In this document: piece after piece, positions 10,086 to 20,044 of the stretch
Position numbering within the stretch: position 1 is the first letter of the stretch
Layout: each line of letters starts with the position of its first letter
Assembly: GCA_021847605.1 (NCBI GenBank)
Contig: JAJZQN010000019.1
Location: 485 to 64,484, forward strand
Length of the DNA stretch: 64,000 nucleotides
Source: Pseudomonadota bacterium
Lineage (GTDB): Bacteria > Pseudomonadota > Alphaproteobacteria > Sphingomonadales > Sphingomonadaceae
Reading direction: 5' to 3'
Made by a program: the position numbers and the translations under genes
The notes under the pieces: generated by a model
Told to the model about the DNA's origin: nothing
Database searches by the model: none
What the model saw: only the letters and a program-made list of their open reading frames with translations

Positions 10086-10238
10086 TGGGCGTCTGCGCCG
10101 GTCGGGCGGCGGGCGGGAAGCCGGGCGGGCATGGCGAGGCGATATTCCGTGCTTGGGTTGCGACCAACGCCCCGCCTCCTAGGCCGACGGGGCGCCGATT
10201 GCAAAGCGCTTGCGACGGAAAGCCGATCCTTCTGTCGA

Positions 10239-11753
10239 TTATCGCCCGGTGACGGCGATCATGACCGCGCCATGGGCCGGCACGCTGTAGCTGGCGGGCA
10301 AGACGGCGGCGGTCGATCCCGACCAGATATCCTCAACCCCCGCTATGCCTGCAAAGCCGGCGTCGGCGGCGGTCAGCGCCAGCGAGGCGGCTTGCGTCCC
10401 GCGATTGAACAGGGCCAGCGCAACGCGGCCGTCGGCCAAAGGCTTGGCCCAGATTTCCAGATCGCCCTGTTTGCGGATCGCCCTGCCCTGAACCCCGCGC
10501 GCGTCCTGATCGATCGCGATGACACGGCGGTTGGTCAGCATCGCCAGCGTTTCCGGGCTGGTTTCGCGCAGGTCATGGCCCATCATCAGCGGCGCGGCGG
10601 CCATCGCCCACAGGGTCATATGGGTGCGATATTCGTCCGCGCTCATGCCGCCATTGCCGATTTCCAGCATGTCGGGATCATTCCAGCCATGCGGGCCGGC
10701 ATGATCGGGATTGCCATTCTTGTCGAAGCCGATCTTCGCCATGGTCGGATAATCGTCGGTGATGTCGCCGGTGGTGCGCCAGAGCTGACCGCCGACGTCG
10801 CGGCCCCAACTGCCGACGTCGAAGCGGCCATATTCGCACAGGGAGAAGATGATCTGCCGTCCGGTCGCCTGCAACGCTGCGCCCATTTCATGATAGCTGC
10901 GCTTGACCGTGTCCGCATCGGCATAAAACCACTCGCCCGAACAGAGGTCATATTTCAGATAGTCGAAGCCCCAGTCGGCAAAGCTTTTCGCATCCTGCGC
11001 GACATGGCCATAGCTGCCCTCATAGCCGGCGCAGGTGCGGGGGCCTTGCGAGGAATAGATGCCGATCTTCAGCCCCTTGGCGTGGACATAGTCGGTCAGC
11101 GCCTTCATGTCCGGGAATTTGGCATTGGGGTGCAGCACGCCATTGGCGTCGCGCTGGCCCTGCCAGCCGTCGTCGATGTTGATATAGGTGTAGCCCGCGT
11201 CGCGTAGGCCGGACGACACCATCGCATCGGCCATGGCGCGGACCGTTTTATCATCAATATGTTCGGCGAACTTGTTCCAGCTGCTCCAGCCCATGGGCGG
11301 GGTGGCGGCGAGCTTGCTGGGAATGGGCTGGCCCAGCGGCGGCAGGGCGGCGAATTTGAAGGCGCGGGCCTTGGCGTCCTTCGCGCCGCCGCGATAGCCG
11401 GTGATCGCGACCTTACTCTCCCATATCTGCCCCTCCAGATGCGGCTTGCCGTCGGCGAGGGTGACGCTCCAGCTGCGGGTGGGATGATCGCGGTCGTTGA
11501 TATTGCGCGCTTCGAACAGCAATTTGCCGTCGGTGATGCGCGGGTTCAGCATCTCGACCGGGCCGTACCAGAGCGTCGTCACGCTGCCTTCGATTGTCGC
11601 GCCCTTGCTCTTCACCTGCATCATGGTGACGCCGGGGGTTGGCGGAGCATCATCGAACAGCCAGACGCCGTCAAAGGCGGTCCTGGCGCTGGCGGGGGCG
11701 GCGGCACATAGGGCGGTGGCGAGGGTCAGGCTCGTCAAAAGGGCGCGCGTCAT
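10239..11753 (-). CDS. GH27 alpha-galactosidase-like glycoside hydrolase (secreted)
   Basis: PPMGWSSWNKF...YINIDDGWQ and KLGIY...DYLKYDLC are GH27 signatures. Signal peptide present. The ATG at 11753 lies 6 nt after ggaggag (the track start at 11768 is less likely). Confidence 0.8.
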   Translation of the reverse strand: MTRALLTSLTLATALCAAAPASARTAFDGVWLFDDAPPTPGVTMMQVKSKGATIEGSVTTLWYGPVEMLNPRITDGKLLFEARNINDRDHPTRSWSVTLADGKPHLEGQIWESKVAITGYRGGAKDAKARAFKFAALPPLGQPIPSKLAATPPMGWSSWNKFAEHIDDKTVRAMADAMVSSGLRDAGYTYINIDDGWQGQRDANGVLHPNAKFPDMKALTDYVHAKGLKIGIYSSQGPRTCAGYEGSYGHVAQDAKSFADWGFDYLKYDLCSGEWFYADADTVKRSYHEMGAALQATGRQIIFSLCEYGRFDVGSWGRDVGGQLWRTTGDITDDYPTMAKIGFDKNGNPDHAGPHGWNDPDMLEIGNGGMSADEYRTHMTLWAMAAAPLMMGHDLRETSPETLAMLTNRRVIAIDQDARGVQGRAIRKQGDLEIWAKPLADGRVALALFNRGTQAASLALTAADAGFAGIAGVEDIWSGSTAAVLPASYSVPAHGAVMIAVTGR

Positions 11754-11809
11754 CGCGATCTCCTCCATGGGATCAAAAGGAAACGGGAAAGGGGTAGGAT
11801 GCGCCGCCG

Positions 11810-13225
11810 TCAGGCGGTGGCGGCATCCTGTCGGGCGTCGCTGCGGCTGCGGCTGTAGAGACAGTAGAAGAGCAGGCCGATGACGTTCCAGGCGCCGAAG
11901 CGAACCAGAGTCGTGTCCGGCAGGCTGAAGAGCAGATAGGCGCAGCCCAGGATCGTCAGCGTGCCCACGACATAAGGCTGGGGACAGCGGAACAGGCGGG
12001 GCAGTTCGGGCGATCGACGGCGCAGGATCATGAGGCAGGCGCCCACCGCCATGAAGGCGATCAGCGTACCGGCATTGGCCAGTTCGGCAATTTCATCGAG
12101 ACGGAAGATGCCGGCGACCAGCGCGATCGACAGGCCGGTCATCAGCGTGATGCGTGTCGGCGCGCCGGTGCGCGGGCTGATCTTGGCCAGGCTGCGTGGC
12201 AGCAGCCCGTCGCGCGCCATGACGAAGAAGACGCGGCTCTGGCCGTACATCATGACCAGGATGACCGAGGGCAAAGCGATGACGGCGGCCAGGGCGATCA
12301 GGTGCGCGGCGGTCGGCTGGCCCAGCTGACGCAGGACGAGGGCGAGCGGCTCGGGCGAATTGGCGAGCTGCTGGAAGGGCAGGGCGCCGATCGCGGCGAT
12401 GGCGACCGCCATGTAGATGAGCGTGCAGACCAGCATCGACCCGATGATGCCGATGGTGAGGTCACGGCCCGGATTCTTGGCTTCCTCCGCCGATGTGGCG
12501 ACGGCGTCGAAACCGTAGAAGGCGAAGAAGACGATGGCGGCGGCCGCCATTACGCCGCGCTTTTGCCCCTCAATTTCCGTGCTGGCAAAGCCATAGGGCA
12601 TGAAGGGTTCCAGATGGCCCGACTGGAAAGCGGGCAGCGCCATGGCGACGAAGATCGATAGCGCGACGAGCTTGATGATGACGAGGATGATGTTGAGCGT
12701 CGCGCTTTCGCGCGTGCCGGCGATCAGCATGCCCATCACGCCCAGCGCCACCAGCACGGCGGGCAGGTTGATGATGCCGCCGCCATGCGGCCCGACCAGC
12801 AGCATCGCGGGCAGATGGATGCCCGCCGATTGCAGCCAGCCCACCAGATAGCCCGACCAGCCGACCGCCACGGTCGAACAGGCGAGCGAATATTCCAGGA
12901 TCAGGCTCCATCCCACGATCCAGGCGATGGTTTCGCCCATTGCGGCATAGCTGAACGTATAGGCGCTGCCCGCCGCGGGGATCAAAGTCGCCATTTCGGC
13001 ATAGGCGAGCGCGGCGCAGGCGCAGACCGCGCCGGCAATGGCGAAGGCCAGGATCACGGCGGGACCGGCCCGTTCGGCGCCCACGCCGGTCAGCGTATAA
13101 ATGCCGGTGCCCACGATCGCGCCGACGCCCAGCGCGATCAGGTGCGGCCAGCTGAGGGTTTTGGCGAGGCTATGCCCGGACTCGCGCTGGGCGAGTTTTT
13201 CGATGGATTTGCGTGGTCCGAGCAT
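11810..13225 (-). CDS. APC-family amino-acid permease
   Basis: 471 aa with about 12 TM segments. The N-terminal GVGAIVGTGIY motif is typical of cationic/amino-acid permeases. Confidence 0.85.
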   Translation of the reverse strand: MLGPRKSIEKLAQRESGHSLAKTLSWPHLIALGVGAIVGTGIYTLTGVGAERAGPAVILAFAIAGAVCACAALAYAEMATLIPAAGSAYTFSYAAMGETIAWIVGWSLILEYSLACSTVAVGWSGYLVGWLQSAGIHLPAMLLVGPHGGGIINLPAVLVALGVMGMLIAGTRESATLNIILVIIKLVALSIFVAMALPAFQSGHLEPFMPYGFASTEIEGQKRGVMAAAAIVFFAFYGFDAVATSAEEAKNPGRDLTIGIIGSMLVCTLIYMAVAIAAIGALPFQQLANSPEPLALVLRQLGQPTAAHLIALAAVIALPSVILVMMYGQSRVFFVMARDGLLPRSLAKISPRTGAPTRITLMTGLSIALVAGIFRLDEIAELANAGTLIAFMAVGACLMILRRRSPELPRLFRCPQPYVVGTLTILGCAYLLFSLPDTTLVRFGAWNVIGLLFYCLYSRSRSDARQDAATA

Positions 13226-13246
13226 GAAGTCCCCTTTTTTAGCGGA

Positions 13247-13903
13247 TCACTGAGTATGGCTGGCGGCGAAATGCGCGCGCAGATCGTCTAGTGTGCTGGC
13301 GATATGCTGGGTCAGCAGCGCCTGGACATCGTCCGCCTTGCCGGCGAGCCAGGCGTCGAGCAGGGCCTGATGCTCCAGATGGGCGCGATCGCCGCGTCCC
13401 GCCGGCGCCAGATGGGCCAGCACATAGCGTTCGGCCAACACTTCGAGGCGCTCGACTAACTGGGTGGTGAGCAGCCGACCGCCCGGCCGCACCAGCGCAA
13501 CGTGGAATTCGCGGTTGCGCACGGCGACGGCGTTCAGATCATCATTAGCGGCGGCGTCGAGCAGTTTGAAAGCGTCGAGCGCGGCGACCTTGTCCGCGTC
13601 CGTGATATGCTGGCAGGCGAAGGCGACGGCCGCCGGTTCGATCGCGAGGCGCAGCAGATAGATTTCCTCGGCCTGATCGGCCGACATCGGGCGCACGAAC
13701 CAGCCGCGATTGGCCTGGCTGGTGAGCAGCCCTTCATGCTCCAGTCGGGCCAGCGCCTCGCGCAGCGGAATCTTGCTGACGCCCAGTTCGGCGGCCAGCG
13801 CATCTTGCCGCACCGGCTCACGCTCCGGCAGCTTGCCCTCGACGATCCGTTCCCGGATCACTTCGAAAATGCGTTCGGCGAGGGTGCGGACGACGATTGT
13901 CAC
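13247..13903 (-). CDS. GntR-family transcriptional regulator (FCD type)
   Basis: N-terminal wHTH (LAAELGVSKIPLREALARLEHEGLL) plus a C-terminal FCD-like helical domain. Confidence 0.85.
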   Translation of the reverse strand: MTIVVRTLAERIFEVIRERIVEGKLPEREPVRQDALAAELGVSKIPLREALARLEHEGLLTSQANRGWFVRPMSADQAEEIYLLRLAIEPAAVAFACQHITDADKVAALDAFKLLDAAANDDLNAVAVRNREFHVALVRPGGRLLTTQLVERLEVLAERYVLAHLAPAGRGDRAHLEHQALLDAWLAGKADDVQALLTQHIASTLDDLRAHFAASHTQ

Positions 13904-14129
13904 CTGATTGTCTCCATATAGGGCGCTGCGGCGCGGGAAAGATGCGCTGCATGACGAACGTATATGGTAGATAATTGCCTATTGCACTGCAAAACAGCGT
14001 TTGTTGTATGTGTGTCCAACTTTGTAATAACGCCCACGCGCTGCGACCGGCATGCCGGTCGCTTTGGCGGGAAAGGGCGAGATTGAACCATCGTCGGGCA
14101 AAGCCTTGTCTGCTGATTGCTCTGTTGAT

Positions 14130-14145
14130 ATAACGTATACGATAT
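14130..14145. promoter_or_regulatory. Operator-like palindrome ATAACGTATACGATAT (15/16 to consensus)
   Basis: Lies in the divergent region between the GntR gene (13903) and the FAD oxidoreductase gene (14172). One of five related sites in this locus. Confidence 0.65.
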
Positions 14146-14171
14146 TGAACGGGCGATGCAATGGAGTTTTT

Positions 14172-15392
14172 GTGGGGCGTATAGCGATCATCGGAGGCGG
14201 CGTGGTGGGCCTGTCCACGGGCATAGCCTTGCTGGACGCGGGACAGGCGGTCGTGCTGGTCGATGACGATGATGCGGGCCAAGCCGCATCCTGGGGCAAT
14301 GCCGGTCATATTGCAGTGGAGCAGGTTGCGCCGCTGGCGTCTCTTTCGCTGTTGCGCAGCGTGCCGCGCCGGCTGTTCGTGCGGGGCGGCGCGCTGGATT
14401 TTCCATTGTCTGCGATCGGTACGTGGCTACCCTTTGGCCTGCGGCTGATGGCGGCGGCGCGCCCGGCGCGCTTCCGGCAGGGCAGCGATGCGTTGCGCGG
14501 ACTATTGGCGCGGGCGATGCCGGCGTGGGAGGCGCTGGTCGACCGGATCGGCGCACCTGATTTGCTGCGGCAGGATGGCCATTATGTGCAATGGAGCGAT
14601 GCTGATGTAGCGGCGGCCGGGCGCGCCGCATGGGAAGCGGCCGATATCGGCACGGCGCAGGTGGGGGACGTAAGCGCAGCGGACCTGTCCCGGCTGTCGG
14701 GCCTGACCAGTGCGCCGGCGGCGGGCGCGATCCGCTTTGCCGGCAGTGGCCAGATAAGCGATCTTGGCGCGCTGCGTCATGCGTTGCGGGCGGCCTTTGT
14801 CGCGCGGGGCGGTGAGATTGTCGGGCGCTGCGCCACGGCCATCCGTGACGGTGCGCGCGTTGTGGCACCGGGCATCGATGCCGACCGGGTCATCATCTGC
14901 GCCGGTGTCCGGTCCCGTCCGCTGATGGAAGCGCTGGGCCACAGGGCGCCGATGATCGCCGAGCGGGGCTATCATATCCGGGCCGATGCGACGGGCTGGC
15001 CAGCCGACCTGCCGCCGGTCGTCTATGAGGATCGATCGATGATCGTCACCCGCTATGCCGATTGCGTGCAGGCGGCGAGCTTCGTGGAGCTGGGGCGGGT
15101 CGATGCGCCCGCCGATCCGCGCAAATGGGACCGGCTGGAACGGCATGTGGCGGAACTGGGCCTGCCGGTCCGGGGACCGTTCACCCGCTGGATGGGGTGC
15201 CGGCCGACCCTGCCAGACTATCTGCCGGCGATCGGCCGATCGGACCGGGCGGACAATCTGTTTTACGCTTTTGGCCACCAGCATCTGGGGCTTACATTGG
15301 CGCCGATCACGGCGCGACTGATGGCGGCAATCGTGACGGGGACGGAGCCGGCGCTGCCGGTCGCCCCCTTCGACATTGGGCGTTTCGCATAA
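14172..15392 (+). CDS. FAD-dependent oxidoreductase, D-amino-acid dehydrogenase family (candidate cis-4-hydroxy-D-proline dehydrogenase)
   Basis: IAIIGGGVVGLSTG dinucleotide-binding motif at the N-terminus. The GTG at 14172 lies 5 nt after tggag. The ATG at 14052 would add about 40 residues and would translate through the operator. Confidence 0.75.
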   Translation: MGRIAIIGGGVVGLSTGIALLDAGQAVVLVDDDDAGQAASWGNAGHIAVEQVAPLASLSLLRSVPRRLFVRGGALDFPLSAIGTWLPFGLRLMAAARPARFRQGSDALRGLLARAMPAWEALVDRIGAPDLLRQDGHYVQWSDADVAAAGRAAWEAADIGTAQVGDVSAADLSRLSGLTSAPAAGAIRFAGSGQISDLGALRHALRAAFVARGGEIVGRCATAIRDGARVVAPGIDADRVIICAGVRSRPLMEALGHRAPMIAERGYHIRADATGWPADLPPVVYEDRSMIVTRYADCVQAASFVELGRVDAPADPRKWDRLERHVAELGLPVRGPFTRWMGCRPTLPDYLPAIGRSDRADNLFYAFGHQHLGLTLAPITARLMAAIVTGTEPALPVAPFDIGRFA

Positions 15393-15402
15393 GGATGACG
15401 AT

Positions 15403-16593
15403 ATGATTGGTGGATCGAGCGCGCAGGCCGAACTGGAGCGGCTGCACCCATGGGCGGATCGCGCCGCGCCGATTGCGGCGGCGGAGCGGCTGGCCCGGAT
15501 CGCGCGGGCGCAGTTACTGGCCGACGGGATTGGCGCGCAGGCGCTGCTGGTCAATGCCGGGGCGTCGCTGCGCTATTTTTCGGCGGTGCCATGGGGACAG
15601 AGCGAGCGGCTGGTGGCGATGCTGCTGCTGCCGGGGCGTGACCCGATCATCATCTGCCCGCATTTCGAGATCGGCACGCTAGAGGCGGATCTGGCGATCG
15701 ATGCGGAAATCCGGTCCTGGCAGGAGGATGAAGATCCTGTGGCGCTGGTGATCGATGCGCTGGGGCAAGCGGGCGTGCGGACGGTGGCGGTGGACCCGGA
15801 GCTGCCGTTCCACTTTGCCGAACGGCTGCGGCAGGGGACGAGCGCCAAGCTGGTCGATGCGACGCCGGTCATCAGCGGATGCCGGATGGTGAAGTCCGCC
15901 GCCGAACTGGCGCTGATGCAGCAGGCCAAATCCATGACGTTGCAGGTGCATGCGGCCGCCGCGCGCATATTGCGCCCCGGCATAAGGGCGAGCGAAGTGA
16001 CGCGCTTCATCGATGAAGCGCATCGCCGGCTGGGCGCGAAAGGCTCCAGCTTCTGCATCGTCCAGTTTGGCGAGGCGACCGCCTATCCCCATGGCCTGCC
16101 GGGCGACCGCGCGCTGGAGGAGGGGCAATTGGTGCTGATCGACACGGGCTGCACGATCGGGGGATACCATTCGGATATCACCCGCACCTATGCCTTTGGC
16201 GCGGTGGATGATCAGGCGCGCGATATCTGGGCGCTGGAGAAGGAGGCGCAGCAGGCGGCGTTCGACGCGGTCATGCCCGGTGCGCCATGCGAGAGCGTGG
16301 ACGCGGCGGCGCGGGCGGTGCTGGAGAAAGCGGGGCTTGGTCCCGACTATCGCTTGCCCGGCCTGCCGCATCGCACTGGCCATGGCATCGGCCTTTCGAT
16401 CCATGAGCCGGCCTATCTGGTGCGGGGGGACAGGACGCCGCTGCAACCGGGCATGTGCTTTTCCAACGAGCCGATGATCGTCGTGCCGCAGCGTTTCGGC
16501 ATCCGGCTGGAGGATCATTTTTACGTGACCCCGAGCGGCGCGCAGTGGTTCACCCAGCCGCAGGGGACGATCGATCGGCCTTTTGCCGAATAG
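15403..16593 (+). CDS. M24-family Xaa-Pro dipeptidase/aminopeptidase
   Basis: Pita-bread fold motifs (LIDTGC..GGYHSDITRT, HRTGHGIGLSIHE, FSNEP, RLED). The ATG at 15403 lies after aaggatga. Confidence 0.85.
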   Translation: MIGGSSAQAELERLHPWADRAAPIAAAERLARIARAQLLADGIGAQALLVNAGASLRYFSAVPWGQSERLVAMLLLPGRDPIIICPHFEIGTLEADLAIDAEIRSWQEDEDPVALVIDALGQAGVRTVAVDPELPFHFAERLRQGTSAKLVDATPVISGCRMVKSAAELALMQQAKSMTLQVHAAAARILRPGIRASEVTRFIDEAHRRLGAKGSSFCIVQFGEATAYPHGLPGDRALEEGQLVLIDTGCTIGGYHSDITRTYAFGAVDDQARDIWALEKEAQQAAFDAVMPGAPCESVDAAARAVLEKAGLGPDYRLPGLPHRTGHGIGLSIHEPAYLVRGDRTPLQPGMCFSNEPMIVVPQRFGIRLEDHFYVTPSGAQWFTQPQGTIDRPFAE

Positions 16594-16596
16594 CTA

Positions 16597-18087
16597 TCAT
16601 ATTGCGGGGCGCAGCAGGCGTTGCGCCCCGACATTCAGCACCAGCACCAGTGCGCCGATCGCGGCGGCGACCAGGCCAATCCGCAGATAGGCGTCGAGGA
16701 TGATGGCGCGGTCGCCGCCGTCCGCGCCGCCGCCCATCGCTTCGATCACCGATGCGATGACGCCTGCGCTGAAATTGCCGGCGGCGGTGGCGAGAAACCA
16801 GGTGCCCATCAGGAAGCTGAGCATATGGCGCGGCGCGAAGCGCGACATGGCGGAGAGGCCGACGGGCGAGAGGCACATCTCCCCGATTGCATGGCAGAGG
16901 AAGAGCAGGAAGATGAAGGCGAGCGGCACCTTCTGATCCGCCGGCACCCACTGCGCCAGGGCCATCAGCACGAAGCCGCCGCCGACCATGATGATGCCGC
17001 AGGCGAAGCTGCTGATCGGCGTTGGCATGCGGTTCGCCCTGGAGAAGCGCAGCCAGAGCGCGGCGAAGGGCAGGGCGATCAGGCAGACGAAGAAGGGTGG
17101 CAGCGCCTGAAAGACCGAGGCGGGAACTTCATGGCCCGCGATCATGCGGTTGACATGATGGTCGATGAACAGGCTGAGCGAGGAGCCGCTTTGTTCGTAG
17201 AGGCCCCAGAAGACGGGCTGAATGACGATCAGCGCCAGTGCGTAGAGCAGTTTGCGGCGTTCTTCACCCTCCAGCCGGGCAAGGGCGATCCAGACGAGCA
17301 GCAGGCCGATCGCCACGCCGCCGACCGCGAGCAGGGCGCCGGTCAGTTTGGGTGAGATGAGCAGGAACCAGCTGAGCAGGGTCAGCGGGATGGTGCTGGC
17401 GTAGATCAGCCATTCGCGTTTCAGGCCGAAGACGGGCTGCGCCAGTGCGGCGGGATCGGGCGCTTCGCCGCCGCCCAGCAGATGGCGCTTGCCGCGCGCG
17501 AAGAGGATGACGCCCGCGATCATGCCGACCGCGGCTGCGCCAAAGCCATAGCCCCAGCCCAAGGTTTCGCCCAGCAGGCCGCAGACGACCGGGCCGATCG
17601 CCCCGCCCAGATTGATGCCCATGTAGAAAAGCGTGTAGCCGCTGTCCCGGCGCGGATCATGCGCGGCATAGAGTTTGCCGACGAGCGCCGAGATATTGGC
17701 CTTGAGGAAGCCGGTGCCGACCACGATCAGCGACAGGCCGATCCAGAAGACCGCCTGCGCCGATGAACCCAGCGCATCCTCCAGCCCCAGCGTGATATGG
17801 CCGCTGGCGATGACCAGCCCGCCGAACAGCACCGCCTTGCGCTGGCCCAGCCAGCGGTCGGCGAGATAACCGCCGATCATCGGCGAGAGGAAGACAAGGG
17901 CCAGATAAGAGCCGTAGAGCAGGCCTGATTGTTCGCCCGAATAGAGGAAATGGCGCGTGAGATAGAAGATCAGCAGCGCGCGCATGCCGTAGAAAGAGAA
18001 ACGCTCCCACAATTCGGTGAAGAAGAGGACGTAGAGGCCCTTGGGATGGCCCCAGAGGGTTTCGGCTTCCGGCTGGATCGTCGTCAT
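16597..18087 (-). CDS. POT/PTR2-family di/tripeptide:proton symporter
   Basis: GHPKGLYVLFFTELWERFSFYGMRALLIFYL is the POT signature. About 14 TM segments. Confidence 0.9.
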   Translation of the reverse strand: MTTIQPEAETLWGHPKGLYVLFFTELWERFSFYGMRALLIFYLTRHFLYSGEQSGLLYGSYLALVFLSPMIGGYLADRWLGQRKAVLFGGLVIASGHITLGLEDALGSSAQAVFWIGLSLIVVGTGFLKANISALVGKLYAAHDPRRDSGYTLFYMGINLGGAIGPVVCGLLGETLGWGYGFGAAAVGMIAGVILFARGKRHLLGGGEAPDPAALAQPVFGLKREWLIYASTIPLTLLSWFLLISPKLTGALLAVGGVAIGLLLVWIALARLEGEERRKLLYALALIVIQPVFWGLYEQSGSSLSLFIDHHVNRMIAGHEVPASVFQALPPFFVCLIALPFAALWLRFSRANRMPTPISSFACGIIMVGGGFVLMALAQWVPADQKVPLAFIFLLFLCHAIGEMCLSPVGLSAMSRFAPRHMLSFLMGTWFLATAAGNFSAGVIASVIEAMGGGADGGDRAIILDAYLRIGLVAAAIGALVLVLNVGAQRLLRPAI

Positions 18088-18091
18088 ATCG

Positions 18092-20044
18092 TCAGGGAAT
18101 CCAGCGATAGTCGGGCTTGGCGGTGACTTCGGGCGCCGGGGCGGTCAGCTCTGCGCCGCGCTTCGGGTCGGTCGCCGCGCCCTGATCGACGAAGCCGTAG
18201 GAGACGCCCTTGTCAAACTGGCCGCCGCGATGTTCGACATCGCCGATCGTTTGCGCCGTGCCGGACAGGATGATGCCTTTTTCATACTCGCCAATGCCCA
18301 GCATGGACGTTGCGGCGCGGGCGTGGCCGCGCAGGATGGTGTCGCCGCGCAGGACGGTGAGGCCGGCGATGACGGCGTCGTCACGCAACTGCGCCCGGTC
18401 CGAAACGACGGCATGGTCCTCCACCCGCGCCCGGTCGGCGACCGTGCCGGAAAGGACGCGGGCATAGGGGCCGACCCAGGCGGTTGCCGCGACCTGCGCC
18501 TGCGGGCCGACCCAGCCGCCGCCATTGGCATGGCGGTGGCCGCCGGGGATGGGGGCGGGCGCATCAGGGTGCGCGCCGTCCAGCTCCACCATCCAGGGAT
18601 AGCGATAGATGGAATAATAGGGCTGGTCCCAGCGGATTTGCTGCATCTGGGACGGGGTGGCCATGACGACGAGGTAGAGGCCCTTGTCGTCGGGGCGGAT
18701 GGCGATCGCCGTTTGCGCGCGCGCGCCGCGTTGGAGCGGGCTGTAGCGGCTCTGGCCGTCTGCGCCGACCGCGACCACGCCCCAGCGCCAGTCGGAGGCG
18801 GGCGGCGGGATAGTTTCGGGTTCGTCGGCAAGGCCGGGCAGTTTCGTGACGGCGGACGCCTGTTGCACGATGCCGCGGAAGGTGACGGTGACGCGGGTCT
18901 GGCCGGCGTCGGGGGTCAGCTTGACGATATTATAGCCCCAGCGCTGGGGTGCCCAGAGGTCTGGGACGGCATAGCGGCGTTTGTCCGTGTCGATCGGGTC
19001 GAGCACGGTCGCGGCCAATATGTCCGGGCCGGTTGATTGTGCGTAGCCGCCATAGTTTTTGCGATACGCCGCGCCATTGGCATAATCCCAATTGGCGTTG
19101 TGGAGCGCCCAGTCGCCGAAGGCATCGTTGAGCTGGTCTTGCGTCCAGCCCATGTTGGACCGCAGGACGGAGAAAGGATCGGCGGTCAGGCGGGCTGGAT
19201 CGGCCTTGCCCGGCGCGGTGCGCCACAGGGCGTTGACGGCATCATAGCCGTAGCGGTCTTTCAGATATTCGAACCATTGCCAGTTGCAGTAGCGCGACCG
19301 GGTAGAGCCATAATAAAGATGCGGATATTGTTTGAGCAGCACCGAACAATGGGTGTTGTCGCGAAACTCGGGCAACTGGGTGGTCATCCAGTTGGCGTGG
19401 CTTTCGAACATCCAGCCGGTATAGGGCGAGTCCATCAGCCGGCCGGTCGCGGCCTGCAAGGCGTGGGTCAGTTCATGGGCGAGGCCGAACCGATCCTTCA
19501 ATGCGCCGGGGCCAATCCACATGCCCATATGGCCAAGGGAATCGGTGCCGCCGGTCAGGCCATAATCGACGCCGATATAGGCGTTGACCTTATATTTGGC
19601 GGCGTCGGCGCAATGGGGCATGGGGAAGCCCAAAGTGTCGATGAAGTAAGACCAGACATATTCGAGATGCGCGGCTGCTGCTTTTGCGTCGGCGGGATCG
19701 ACGGTGCCGGGCTTCCAGTGGAAGGCGACATGGGCGCTTTCCATCTGGAGCGGCAGCGCGCCATTAACCTTGTCGCCCGGATCGGTTGCCGCCACGGTCC
19801 AGGGGGCTGCGGCGCAGACAGGCTGGCCTGAGCTTAACTTCGCATATTTCCCGCCAGTTTGGACATTTTGTTGCGCCGGGCTGATCCTATCGGAAAGCGT
19901 CGCCGCACAATCACCATGCGCGATGATAGCGGTAGGAACGGTAATAGGACAGCGATCTACGGCTGGTCGGGGCAGGGCGGCAAACGCCGCGCCCCCCATC
20001 GTCAGACCAAGGGCCGAAGCGAGGAGGATGCGGCGCATCGTCAT
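18092..20044 (-). CDS. Secreted HExxH protein with C-terminal hexapeptide-repeat (left-handed beta-helix) region; putative metallopeptidase
   Basis: Signal peptide present. HELTHAL motif followed by WMFESHANW. The C-terminal 150 aa are hexapeptide-like repeats (VGPYARVLSGTVADRARVEDHAVVSDRAQLRDDAVIAGLTVLRGDTILRGHARA). Family assignment is tentative. Confidence 0.6.
   Translation of the reverse strand: MTMRRILLASALGLTMGGAAFAALPRPAVDRCPITVPTAIIAHGDCAATLSDRISPAQQNVQTGGKYAKLSSGQPVCAAAPWTVAATDPGDKVNGALPLQMESAHVAFHWKPGTVDPADAKAAAAHLEYVWSYFIDTLGFPMPHCADAAKYKVNAYIGVDYGLTGGTDSLGHMGMWIGPGALKDRFGLAHELTHALQAATGRLMDSPYTGWMFESHANWMTTQLPEFRDNTHCSVLLKQYPHLYYGSTRSRYCNWQWFEYLKDRYGYDAVNALWRTAPGKADPARLTADPFSVLRSNMGWTQDQLNDAFGDWALHNANWDYANGAAYRKNYGGYAQSTGPDILAATVLDPIDTDKRRYAVPDLWAPQRWGYNIVKLTPDAGQTRVTVTFRGIVQQASAVTKLPGLADEPETIPPPASDWRWGVVAVGADGQSRYSPLQRGARAQTAIAIRPDDKGLYLVVMATPSQMQQIRWDQPYYSIYRYPWMVELDGAHPDAPAPIPGGHRHANGGGWVGPQAQVAATAWVGPYARVLSGTVADRARVEDHAVVSDRAQLRDDAVIAGLTVLRGDTILRGHARAATSMLGIGEYEKGIILSGTAQTIGDVEHRGGQFDKGVSYGFVDQGAATDPKRGAELTAPAPEVTAKPDYRWIP

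Noticed and set aside
10168-10194. Hairpin CGCCCCG...CGGGGCG downstream of the GH27 gene; the ClC leader was also checked for a fluoride riboswitch
   Set aside because: The hairpin lacks a convincing T-tract on either strand. The ClC upstream region shows none of the crcB-motif conserved segments.
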